DNA of 64,000 nucleotides, taken from NCBI GenBank assembly GCA_977017645.1, contig OZ360229.1, positions 24,304,001-24,368,000 of the forward strand, given 5' to 3'. Below the pieces are notes generated by a model. The model had not been told where the DNA came from, searched no databases, and saw nothing but the letters and a program-made list of their open reading frames with translations. Source of the DNA: Torpedo marmorata (lineage: Eukaryota). Every line of letters starts with the position of its first letter. The first letter of the stretch is position 1. Of the stretch, positions 1 to 8,938 are shown one piece after another. The translations under genes and the position numbers were made by a program.

Positions 1-531
1 AAAGCAACTTCTGTGGAGAACAGGCGTGAGATCAGCGAGACTAGCTGTGAGATTCAAGCACACGCCTAAATCAGTGGTATACTGATCTGAACTCGCAATC
101 CTTATGAACACACAAGAAGGGGACGTCATCAGAGAAGAAAAACAAGTATTTGTAAGCATAAACAGTCATTGTCTCTCTCCAACGTTCATTCAGAAGTACT
201 TCTACCAGACACAGAGCTGAATTTGAAGCCTGAACTTAGAGAGTGAATTTTGTAGACTGTATTATTCTTTTTTTTGACTGACTTGTTTTTTTATGACTGA
301 CCTGGGGTTTTTGGGGAAAGTTTTTCCATTTTTACATAAGGGTTGGGCACAGACTGTAATGGTCTGGGCTTTACACACACACACCTTTTAGATAAGAATA
401 GTGTTTATAGACGTTTATAGTGGGGTTAATTGTTGTGAAATTATATGTTTAATTGTGTTTAATAAATAGTAATTTCAATTTTACCCCTTTTGCATTGCGT
501 CTTCTGTCGTTGCTGGTTTGATTTTGTAACA
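1..531 (+). mobile_element. 3' part of an LTR, truncated by the window edge; same family as the solo LTR at 49158-50005
   Basis: Ends ...TTTTGTAACA at 531. Positions 1-40 and 460-531 match the reverse complement of about 49646-49685 and 49158-49220. Confidence 0.75.
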
Positions 532-1462
532 ACTTTCATTTTTCACCTGTGTAGTTTCCCGAAGTCTGTCTTCTGTAACAAAGAAATAGACGTTTAGTCC
601 TGTTGCATTGCTGAGGATATCAATTAATATTTATTTAAGAAGCCCTATTTCCCAATTCGTGACTTATCATAATGGAATGCCTCCTTCGCAATACCAACAG
701 ATCTAACTTAGTGGAGCTAGTGCTTTACGCGTCATCGCGCGTCATCAATAACGTCCTATTCATTAGCCCGTTGCTGCCGATCGCCTGCAGTTGTGTTTAG
801 ACTGCAGGCATTCCGTAATAATTTCTAGGGGCCCAGGAGGTAAACTATCGGAACGGGAATGGGTCCTTCATTTCCGTTCTGATCTTTTTACACAGATGGG
901 GTTCTGGAATTTTGGGAATAAATTTCTGGAACGCAGTGGCTGTGTAAAAAAACATATCTGTCTCTGTGATTTGATGAGTGTCTCTACTATTTTCTGTTTT
1001 TATTACAGTGGAATGCCTTTGCCATTATTAATTGGTGTCTATTGTTAGACTAAAGTAGCCTAGGCAATTCTATGCAGCCTAATGAACTGACACCTAGATT
1101 ACGATCACATAGAATAAGATCATTGAACTTGTTTCTGTGAGATCTCCTGAAGTTTATCCAAGGAATTGGAGTACTTGTGCGAGAATAGTATTTAATTGTG
1201 AAAATCAAATGCAGGAAATCTAAACCAAAAGCAGAAAAATCAGCAGATCAGGCTGCAACTCTAGGAAAAGAAATGTTTTGTGTCAGAAAGGTCTTCCAGT
1301 GTGAGACAAGGTGGAAGTTGCATCCATTGCATAGACATTTACCTTGTGTTTTTGCACAAATAGTGCAGTTGTCTGAATTATTTAGCTTGGGCCAGTGGGG
1401 TACAAAAACCATGCACATAACCTACACATTTCAAATAATAGCAGCTGTAATGGAACAAAAGG

Positions 1463-1682
1463 CAGTAAAACCCCTGGTATCTGGCACCAATGGGATTGGT
1501 AGATGCCGGATAAGTGTATTTGCCGGTTGCTTGAGATTGTGTGGCTGCGACGATTGGCGAAATAACAGCGAGGCGTGCCAGTTTTAAACTTGCGTATTCT
1601 TTGCCTATTTACTTTCCTCTTTATTTTGCAGGTTGCTTGAGGCTGCCGGTTGCTTGAATTCCGGATAGCAGGGGCTTTACTG
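1463..1682. mobile_element. Tigger/pogo-like MITE
   Basis: Termini CAGTAAAACCCCTGGTATC...GATAGCAGGGGCTTTACTG followed by TA. Related copies at 26420-31445 and 57205-57419. Confidence 0.7.
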
Positions 1683-1844
1683 TATTTGGTTGAAAACTTA
1701 CAAAAGCAATGTGTCAAGAGATGTTCACTCACCAGTGCTGGTTAATTTTATAGTGTTCCCCCCCCCCCCCACTCTCCAAGCAGGTTTGGAAGCACGACCA
1801 GGCCACCTTGATGCTTCCCTGGTTGCTGCTGCTAGACTTGTTGG

Positions 1845-2000
1845 AGGCATTTTCTCATACTTTGAAGAAGGGCTCAAGCCTGAAACGTCGGTTATGTATT
1901 TCTACCTTTGCTACATAAAGAACACTGTTTGACCTGCTGAGTTCTCCAGCATTTGTGTTTTTTACTTCATCCACGGTGTCTACAGATTTTCGTGTTTACT
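1845..2000 (+). repeat. Penelope-like terminal (pLTR/3' tail) fragment
   Basis: TTGAAGAAGGGCTCAAGCCTGAAACGTCGGTTATG... is near-identical to copies at about 38170 and 48983, and related tails follow GIY-YIG coding remnants at 57605-58575. Confidence 0.65.
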
Positions 2001-2199
2001 TTTGTTGGAGGCTGGTTCTCTTTAAAACCATATCTAATGTGTGTAGGATTAAGCCACATGGCTTCTCCAGTCTACTGCTGAATCTTCCATTGAGATCATG
2101 GCTGATCTGATCTTGGCAATAGCTTCACTTTCCCACTTTCTCCTTATGACACTCCCCTGCAAACCAAAATCTGTCCTTATTGGAATATATTCCACGAGG

Positions 2200-2636
2200 A
2201 AATACACAAAAGTGCTGGAGAAACTCAGGAGATCCCGCAGCGTCCATAGAAGGGCCTGAGCCCTTGGTCCAATGTATGAGCAAAAGGCAGGGAGGTGCCT
2301 AAATAAAAAGGGAGGGAAGGAGGGGCAGGGAGAGGAGGATAGGACAACACCAAGAGGTCATAGATGGGTATGGGTAGGAAGGCAGGACAGCAGACTCGAT
2401 GGGCCGATTGGCCTACTTATGCTTCTATATCTCGTGATCTATATCTTGTGAGAGAAAAGCTGAGAATTGATTGGGGGAGGGGGGTAGCTCTGTGAATGCA
2501 GAGCTGGAGAAAAGGAGACGAAGGGATAAGGAGAGATGGTGTGGTTGGGGGTAGGGGGGTTGCGGAGGTGGTTGGTGGAGGGCTATCGGAAACCAGAGAA
2601 ATTCATGTTAATACAATCTGGAAGGTGCGGAGATGG
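2200..2636 (-). repeat. Penelope-like fragment, interrupted by the BEL/Pao insertion
   Basis: Reverse-complement tail motif (ACACAAAAGTGCTGGAGAAACTCAG...), a purine-rich tract and a GIY-YIG-end-like sequence running into the GATGG TSD. Confidence 0.55.
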
Positions 2637-3025
2637 TATAAGTAACGGTGACTTCGCTCCACCAATAGTCACCTGGAGGCTAAGTGTGGTCCTTGCTTTT
2701 GACGCGTTTTATTTAATTTACTGACAAAGTCCAATATGTTCAAAAACCTTTATTTTCACACATGACTTGCAGTAATCTTCAATGACTTTAATATAAACAG
2801 TTCTTGTAAACGATGTATGATAAGTTCCTTTAAATTATTCCTTAAACAATTCCAAAATGATATGAAACACTGTAGATGATGTTAAAGTTATAGAAACATT
2901 ATAAAACGGTATAAAACGATATAAAACGGTCAATAAAGATGTGGAGACCAGACTCACCCCCCATACATCTCTATCCTTTCTTTGTTCTCTCTCTCTAATG
3001 GTTCTGCGCATGCTCCAACGCGCAT

Positions 3026-3108
3026 ACTACAATTCCCAGCCTCCCACGCGCACTATGACGTCACTCTATACTGCGCATGCGCCCGTCGGCACTCCCGCGC
3101 ATGCGCAT
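3026..3108. promoter_or_regulatory. LTR promoter motif cluster: ZNF143/THAP11-type site, CRE and NRF1 sites (also at +5600 in the 5' LTR)
   Basis: ACTACAATTCCCAGC at 3026-3040, TGACGTCA at 3056-3063, TGCGCATGCGC at 3072-3082 and GCGCATGCGCA at about 3097-3107. Confidence 0.6.
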
Positions 3109-3123
3109 ATCAAAGAACGGGCC

Positions 3124-3303
3124 GACGACGGCCCACAGAACAACGCAAGCGCTCCAAGGCCCGACGTGGCCTCGGAGCGCGCTGAGGACGGCCCAGTGAA
3201 CAACGCGAGCGCTCAATGGCCCGACGTGGCCCAGGAGCGCTCCGAGGACGGCCCACCGAACCACGCGAGCGCTCCAAGGCCCGACGAGACATCGGAGCGC
3301 CGC
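3124..3303. repeat. About 3 copies of a 60-bp CpG-rich tandem repeat inside the LTR (also 8724-8903)
   Basis: GAsGACGGCCCA...AAC.ACGC.AGCGCTC.A.GGCCCGACG...GGAGCGC recurs with period 60. Confidence 0.9.
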
Positions 3304-3542
3304 AACAACGGTAAGTTAACGAGCCTACGGCTCTTACACCGGCCCCTAATTATTATAATTAGACGTAATGTCTTGAATAATAATTACACTATAAATAATA
3401 ATAACCATAACATTCAAAACAATACAAATCTTCTTTCTTCCTTCTTCATAAATCTAGAGTTTACCATAACTCTGATTCAACAAAAGTCTGTAACCTGTGA
3501 AATGTACAACAACAAATAAAGTCAGTTTACATTTATCAAAGT

Positions 3543-3720
3543 TCCTCTGTCTCCAACAAAAGGCAGACCTTATTAATAGGTCTGTTTAGAAAACCAGTCT
3601 TAGTTTTAATTCGCACTTGACGCACAAGTCCTCTTTGTCTTGAAAAGTCTCAATAATCTTTTCCAAGTAACCAGGAATTTCTTGAAGTTGAACCATCCAT
3701 AACAATCACAATGTCTCTTT
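3543..3720 (-). pseudogene. Frameshifted BEL/Pao integrase C-terminal tail (DUF5641-like)
   Basis: Minus strand reads DIVIVMDGSTSRNSWLLGK / IIETFQDK / GLVRQVRIKTKTGFLNRPINKVCLLLETEE across frameshifts, the typical end of Pao pol. Confidence 0.85.
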
Positions 3721-3755
3721 AAAGTTCTTCCATCTTCACAATCCGAGTCAAAACG

Positions 3756-6700
3756 TTAACCAGTAAACCTCAAATCCTCCTCAGATAAAATAGATACAGT
3801 TTTTCTTTTGAATTTAACACAAGGCACTTCTTCAGCACGTCGTTTCACTTTATTCCTTTCTTCAGTATTCCACTTCTCATGTGAAGAATTTAAACTCTTA
3901 GAATTAGAATTTGAATATTTATCTGATTCTTTCGATTTTAAACAGGTCTGTTTAACCACTCTGGTTTCTAATGCTCTTTCCTGCAATTCTAAATCCAATT
4001 TCGCAATTTTCAATTCAGTCTCAGCTCCTTCCGAGAAATTAATAATTTGATCTGAAGTCAAAATATCATGCGATACATTGATAGTTCCATTGTCAATCCT
4101 GTTGCGGCATACTTGAAATTTTTTAATTTCTTCGTCTTGCTTGTTACATTTCTGCAATGCAATCTCACATTCTTTCTGCATTGTTAATTGTTGAACATTC
4201 AATTTACATTCTTGATTGGTTTTTAAAGTCAACTGTTTTGTGTTATTAACCAATAACTTGATCTCTTTCAAAACATTAATCTCTTCCTCCAACCTTTTAC
4301 ATTTTGATAATGCTGAATCTCTTTCCTCAATAATTGTATTCATTTCTTCAGCAGTTATTCTTTTCTTCCGCTTTCTGACTTTGCGAGTTTTACTTACAAT
4401 TAAATCCTTTTGTTTACTGTTTTCTTGATTATCTAATATTTCCAATTCCCCTTTCAACATTTTGTTCTCTGGATTCAATTGCATTGAATTATCATTCACA
4501 TTATTCTTTATTCCATCAGCACAATTTTCTGTGTTTTCCAGTTTTACATCACATTGTAATATTTCTTCATTAGCTTTGTCTGTTGTAATCTCTGAACTAC
4601 AAAATCTACATTCAGATTTGTTTTCAGTCACTTGTTTTATTCCTGTATCTGATTCAATTACACATGAATGATCAATAGTATTATTTGCAACATCTTCTAA
4701 TACTTCACTTTCATCCATTTCTGATGAAATTAATTTCTTTAATGTTGTTTTAAATACCACTGATTTATTTTTACATTGATCTGTTTTCTTTTCTTCATAA
4801 GTGATTTTCTTATTCACGGTTTTTTGCTCTTCTCTTAACTCTTCAAATTTCTCAACTGAAATTTTATTAACATTTATTGCTACCTGTTCCTGAGTAATAT
4901 CATTATTTCTTTCCATTGGTCCATTGATTGCCCAACCAAGTATGGTTCTAATAGCGTAAGGTCCATTCCTTTTACTTTCTATTACTTCTTTTGGTACCAA
5001 AACCTTTGGCACATCTGAACCAATCAGCATTTCTATTTCAGAATTAATTTCAGGTAAATAAACCTTCCACAGATAAGCTAAATGATGGATATCACTTTGA
5101 TGAGGAATATTTCCTTCGTTCACAGGCATAGTCTTCTGAGTATATACACTTGGAAGATCACAAAACTTTTTGTCATCCAATCCAGCAACCTCTAAGCCTG
5201 AAACAATGTTAGTTTCAACAACCTTTTCTTGTCCCATGGTCTTTAACATAATTCTTGATCTTTTTCCTTGAATATTAAGTTTATTCATTAGTCCTTCCGT
5301 GCAAAAAGATGCAGTGCTGCCTGGGTCTAAAAATGCATATGTTTTTACTATTACATCCCCTTTCTTGGCCTTGACTTGTACAGGCACTATTGAAAGTTTG
5401 CAGTTATTCACCCCGGCCCCAGTAAGACCACTTGTCTGAACCGAGGTTATAACATTATTTTCTGTTGTTTCCTTTGTTTCTGTTTGCTCCTTTTCCAATT
5501 CCTTGTTTCTGTTATGGATATGCAAAATTCTAGGATGTTTCAAATTGCATATGTTACAATTAATTCGCTTCTCGCAGTTTTTACTGATGTGCCCTTTACA
5601 CAAACAGCTAAAACATATTCCATTTTCCTTTAAGAAAGCGATCCTTTCCTTATGTTCCTTCCTTTCCAATTGTAAACACATTTCCAAAGCATGTCCACCT
5701 TTACAGAACAAACAACTCTTTTCATTAGGCAAACTTTCCTTTTCCTTATTTACTTTGTCCTTTTCTTTATTTATAACTTGCACATTAGTAGCAAAAGTAC
5801 TCCTTTTCACTTTCGGACTAGACTGTGAATTAGACTTCCTTACATCTTTGCTCATTGAATTATCTCTGATATTTCCATATAGTGGATCTGTTTCAACATA
5901 CACTTGTCGTTCAAGAAAATTTACCAAATCCTTTAAAGTAATTCTTCGACCATAATTTACTTGTAAATCACAAGCCAAATTTCTCCATCTATCCCATACC
6001 TTGTAAGGTAATTTTTCTAAAATGATTCGCATATTACTATGCACATCAAGCTCACGAATACCATCGATTTCTTCCATAGCATTACAACATCCTCTTAAAA
6101 ACAAAGTATATTCTTGCAAAGCCTTTACATCATTTTGTTTTATTGATGTCCATTTAAGAGCTTTATCCATATAAGCTAAAGCAATTCGATGTTTGTTGCC
6201 AAAATATTGTTCCAATAAATCCTTAGCTTTATCTAATCCTCTTCCTGAAGACATTTGATTACAACTTTTAACCAGTTCCTTTGGATGTCCCTTTGTAAAC
6301 ATTTCCAAATAATAAAGACATTCATCACGATCTTGGCATTTATCTTCAATATTGCGTTTGAAAGATCTCATAAATGATTGATATTGAAGTGGATCACCAT
6401 CAAAAGTTTGTATCTCTTTCTTGGGTAAAGAAGAGAGAGACTGTAACTGAAACAATGACGCAGCAATTTCATTTTGTCTTTCCTTGGATTTCAATACATT
6501 ACTCTGTTCACTGTCTCGTGTTGTATGCAATGTATCTGGAAACCTTACTGGTGTAGTTTCTTCCATATTTCTGATGCTTGACTCATATAACAAAGAATTT
6601 ACTTCGTTCGACCGGACCCAAGCCGCAGCTTTGCTTTCAGATGTTACTAATGGTACATGTGACTCGATACCAATATGCTCGTGAAAGGTTTGTCCTTGTA

Positions 6701-7832
6701 TATGTAAGTTTTGTATCCTTGGTTCTAAAATATCTATCCTTTTGGTTGGTTTCTTTTCCTGTGACTCCTTTTTTAAATATGACCTTTTATTATCAGACAA
6801 TTTAGATGATTTACTGCTAGCACCAGATACCATTGAGCCTTCTATTGCTTTCTTTTCTGCCTTGGCAATAGCAATGTTTGCTTCCAGCTCCTGCTGTTCT
6901 TTTCTCTTCCTTAGCTGCTCCTTCTCTTGTCTTAGCTGCTCCTTTAGCTGTTTCTCATTTTGTCTTAGCTGCTCCTCCTCTTGTCTTAGCTGCTCCTTTA
7001 GCTGTTTCTCATTTTGTCTTAGCTGCTCCTCCTCTTGTCTTAGCTGCTCCTTTAGCTGCTCCTCCTTTTGTCTTAGCTGCTCCTTTAGCTGCTCCTCCTT
7101 TTGTCTTAGCTGCTCCTTTAGCTGCTCCTCCTTTTGTCTTAGCTGCTCCTTTAGCTGCTCCTCCTTTTGTCTTAGCTGCTCCTTTAGCTGCTCCTCCTTT
7201 TGTCTTAGCTGCTCCTTTAGCTGCTCCTCCTTTTGTCTTAGCTGCTCCTCCTCTTCTTCCAAAATATATTTATCCTTAAGCGTTTTTTGTTGTGCAATAA
7301 GAGCGGCCAATTTAACATCAATCCTTGTACGTGACGATGCAGAACTTGAAGTACGAGAAACTCTGGAGCTTGAACCAGAACTTCTTTTGCTTCTCCTGCT
7401 TTCAGCATTTGAGACACTGTCACTTGCTTGTATTTCGTCCTGCATTTCATATGTTGTCTTCATACTTACCTCTTTATCCAATTCGAATTGTATATCCTTT
7501 GCATCTTCAACCAATTCAATTTCTTCCTCATTTGGTGACACAATTTCAGCCATTTCCAAGTTATCTTCTTGTTCAAATAATGAAGCTGCCTCTTCATCCT
7601 TTGCCAGCTTCAATCTTTCAATAAGAACCTTTTTATTTCCACTTATGTCCTTATTCAGTCGCTTCAATTCTTCTTTAATATCCGAAACCTTCATGTCTTC
7701 AATACGTTGGTCCTCAACAGCAACATCAGCGGTTGCTGCGTCAGCTGCTGATAAATCAGTAGCTGCTGTATCAGTGGCTGCTGCGGCCATTTTACTCGTC
7801 TTGTTCCTCTTTCCTTCAAGCATACACAACAC
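3756..7832 (-). CDS. Chimeric polyprotein: SAP domain, hendecad coiled coil, Pao Gag (DUF1759-like, three Zn knuckles), Pao aspartic protease, MIPOL1-like coiled coil; no RT/RH/IN
   Basis: Uninterrupted 1358-aa frame; the probable start is the strong-Kozak AAAATGGCC at 7790. Motifs: LPKKEIQTFDGDPLQY, CLFCKGGHALEMC, CFSCLCKGHISKNC, CNICNLKHPRILH, TYAFLDPGSTASF, RTILGWAINGP. These are followed by RITAEEMNTIIEERDSALSKCKRLEEE. Confidence 0.9.
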   Translation of the reverse strand: MLCMLEGKRNKTSKMAAAATDTAATDLSAADAATADVAVEDQRIEDMKVSDIKEELKRLNKDISGNKKVLIERLKLAKDEEAASLFEQEDNLEMAEIVSPNEEEIELVEDAKDIQFELDKEVSMKTTYEMQDEIQASDSVSNAESRRSKRSSGSSSRVSRTSSSASSRTRIDVKLAALIAQQKTLKDKYILEEEEEQLRQKEEQLKEQLRQKEEQLKEQLRQKEEQLKEQLRQKEEQLKEQLRQKEEQLKEQLRQKEEQLKEQLRQEEEQLRQNEKQLKEQLRQEEEQLRQNEKQLKEQLRQEKEQLRKRKEQQELEANIAIAKAEKKAIEGSMVSGASSKSSKLSDNKRSYLKKESQEKKPTKRIDILEPRIQNLHIQGQTFHEHIGIESHVPLVTSESKAAAWVRSNEVNSLLYESSIRNMEETTPVRFPDTLHTTRDSEQSNVLKSKERQNEIAASLFQLQSLSSLPKKEIQTFDGDPLQYQSFMRSFKRNIEDKCQDRDECLYYLEMFTKGHPKELVKSCNQMSSGRGLDKAKDLLEQYFGNKHRIALAYMDKALKWTSIKQNDVKALQEYTLFLRGCCNAMEEIDGIRELDVHSNMRIILEKLPYKVWDRWRNLACDLQVNYGRRITLKDLVNFLERQVYVETDPLYGNIRDNSMSKDVRKSNSQSSPKVKRSTFATNVQVINKEKDKVNKEKESLPNEKSCLFCKGGHALEMCLQLERKEHKERIAFLKENGICFSCLCKGHISKNCEKRINCNICNLKHPRILHIHNRNKELEKEQTETKETTENNVITSVQTSGLTGAGVNNCKLSIVPVQVKAKKGDVIVKTYAFLDPGSTASFCTEGLMNKLNIQGKRSRIMLKTMGQEKVVETNIVSGLEVAGLDDKKFCDLPSVYTQKTMPVNEGNIPHQSDIHHLAYLWKVYLPEINSEIEMLIGSDVPKVLVPKEVIESKRNGPYAIRTILGWAINGPMERNNDITQEQVAINVNKISVEKFEELREEQKTVNKKITYEEKKTDQCKNKSVVFKTTLKKLISSEMDESEVLEDVANNTIDHSCVIESDTGIKQVTENKSECRFCSSEITTDKANEEILQCDVKLENTENCADGIKNNVNDNSMQLNPENKMLKGELEILDNQENSKQKDLIVSKTRKVRKRKKRITAEEMNTIIEERDSALSKCKRLEEEINVLKEIKLLVNNTKQLTLKTNQECKLNVQQLTMQKECEIALQKCNKQDEEIKKFQVCRNRIDNGTINVSHDILTSDQIINFSEGAETELKIAKLDLELQERALETRVVKQTCLKSKESDKYSNSNSKSLNSSHEKWNTEERNKVKRRAEEVPCVKFKRKTVSILSEEDLRFTG
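6905..7252 (-). repeat. In-frame 33-bp tandem repeat encoding (EQLRQKEEQLK)n
   Basis: TTGTCTTAGCTGCTCCTTTAGCTGCTCCTCCTT repeated, with 21-bp variant units; the frame is preserved throughout. Confidence 0.95.
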
Positions 7833-8236
7833 TAGTCAAACAACGGTCCCCAATGGACCAGCGGCAGCAATTCCAATCTGTGTTCTTACTTGCTAAAGAT
7901 ACACAGAAGGAGTCCACAGACTTATGCCTACCACTTCTAATGACTGTAATGTGCTGCAATCCTTAAACGAGTTTCAACCACAACATCCGTCACTAATATC
8001 ACTGATATTCCAAAAATAGTTTCTCCAACGTATTTATAGGACACTTTTCTATAAGATTTGAAGCTTTAAATCACTCTCTGGCTGTTATTCATGGCAGATG
8101 GATGTAGATTACAAACTGCCCCCAACTCGAGGCATCTCCAAAATGGCCACCAATTTATATCAGTCCAAAGCACAGAGAGTTTTTTCTATCTTCTTTCCTT
8201 CAAACTTCTGTTCCAAACAGCCAGCCCTTTATTGAC

Positions 8237-8938
8237 TATAAGTAACGGTGACTTCGCTCCACCAATAGTCACCTGGAGGCTAAGTGTGGTCCTTGCTTTT
8301 GACGCGTTTTATTTAATTTACTGACAAAGTCCAATATGTTCAAAAACCTTTATTTTCACACATGACTTGCAGTAATCTTCAATGACTTTAATATAAACAG
8401 TTCTTGTAAACGATGTATGATAAGTTCCTTTAAATTATTCCTTAAACAATTCCAAAATGATATGAAACACTGTAGATGATGTTAAAGTTATAGAAACATT
8501 ATAAAACGGTATAAAACGATATAAAACGGTCAATAAAGATGTGGAGACCAGACTCACCCCCCATACATCTCTATCCTTTCTTTGTTCTCTCTCTCTAATG
8601 GTTCTGCGCATGCTCCAACGCGCATACTACAATTCCCAGCCTCCCACGCGCACTATGACGTCACTCTATACTGCGCATGCGCCCGTCGGCACTCCCGCGC
8701 ATGCGCATATCAAAGAACGGGCCGACGACGGCCCACAGAACAACGCAAGCGCTCCAAGGCCCGACGTGGCCTCGGAGCGCGCTGAGGACGGCCCAGTGAA
8801 CAACGCGAGCGCTCAATGGCCCGACGTGGCCCAGGAGCGCTCCGAGGACGGCCCACCGAACCACGCGAGCGCTCCAAGGCCCGACGAGACATCGGAGCGC
8901 CGCAACAACGGTAAGTTAACGAGCCTACGGCTCTTACA
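8237..8938 (-). repeat. 5' LTR of the BEL/Pao element (702 bp)
   Basis: Matches 2637-3338 and is flanked by the TSD GATGG at 8939-8943. Confidence 0.95.

Larger units (their letters stand above)
2637..3338 (-). repeat. 3' LTR of the BEL/Pao element (702 bp)
   Basis: Direct repeat of 8237-8938 at offset 5600 with no difference found by eye. Minus strand reads TGTAAG...CTTATA, with AATAAA signals near 2708-2713 and 2749-2754. Confidence 0.95.
2637..8938 (-). mobile_element. Young non-autonomous BEL/Pao LTR retrotransposon with host-derived cargo
   Basis: Two 702-bp direct repeats (2637-3338 and 8237-8938). TSD GATGG at 2632-2636 and 8939-8943. PPT-like ATTAGGGGCCGG before the 3' LTR. Pao Gag and protease ORF, plus an integrase C-terminal remnant. 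Confidence 0.95.

Noticed and set aside
560-955. CpG-containing segment with TTTTACACAG/CTGTGTAAAA inverted motifs, possibly a DNA transposon end
   Set aside because: No partner terminus in the window, so it cannot be classified.
3124-3303. 60-bp periodic array that superficially resembles a CRISPR array
   Set aside because: It is a plain degenerate tandem repeat without unique spacers, in a eukaryotic context with no cas genes.
2941-3519. 192-aa ORF with 20-aa repeats (139-aa copy at 8541-8960)
   Set aside because: It lies antisense within the LTR, starts at GTG, and is open mainly because of the GC-rich 60-bp repeat. The C-termini of the two copies differ according to the flank.
3756-4880. 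C-terminal extension as an env gene
   Set aside because: No signal peptide, fusion peptide or transmembrane helix is visible. It is charged coiled coil and lies upstream of the integrase remnant.
3756-7832. A bona fide host MIPOL1 or SAFB gene
   Set aside because: Only fragments are present, without introns, embedded in Pao gag-pro between LTRs with a TSD.
6742-7896. 384-aa Ser/Cys-rich ORF and 133-aa Ala/Pro-rich ORF on the plus strand
   Set aside because: These are antisense shadows of the gag repeat region.
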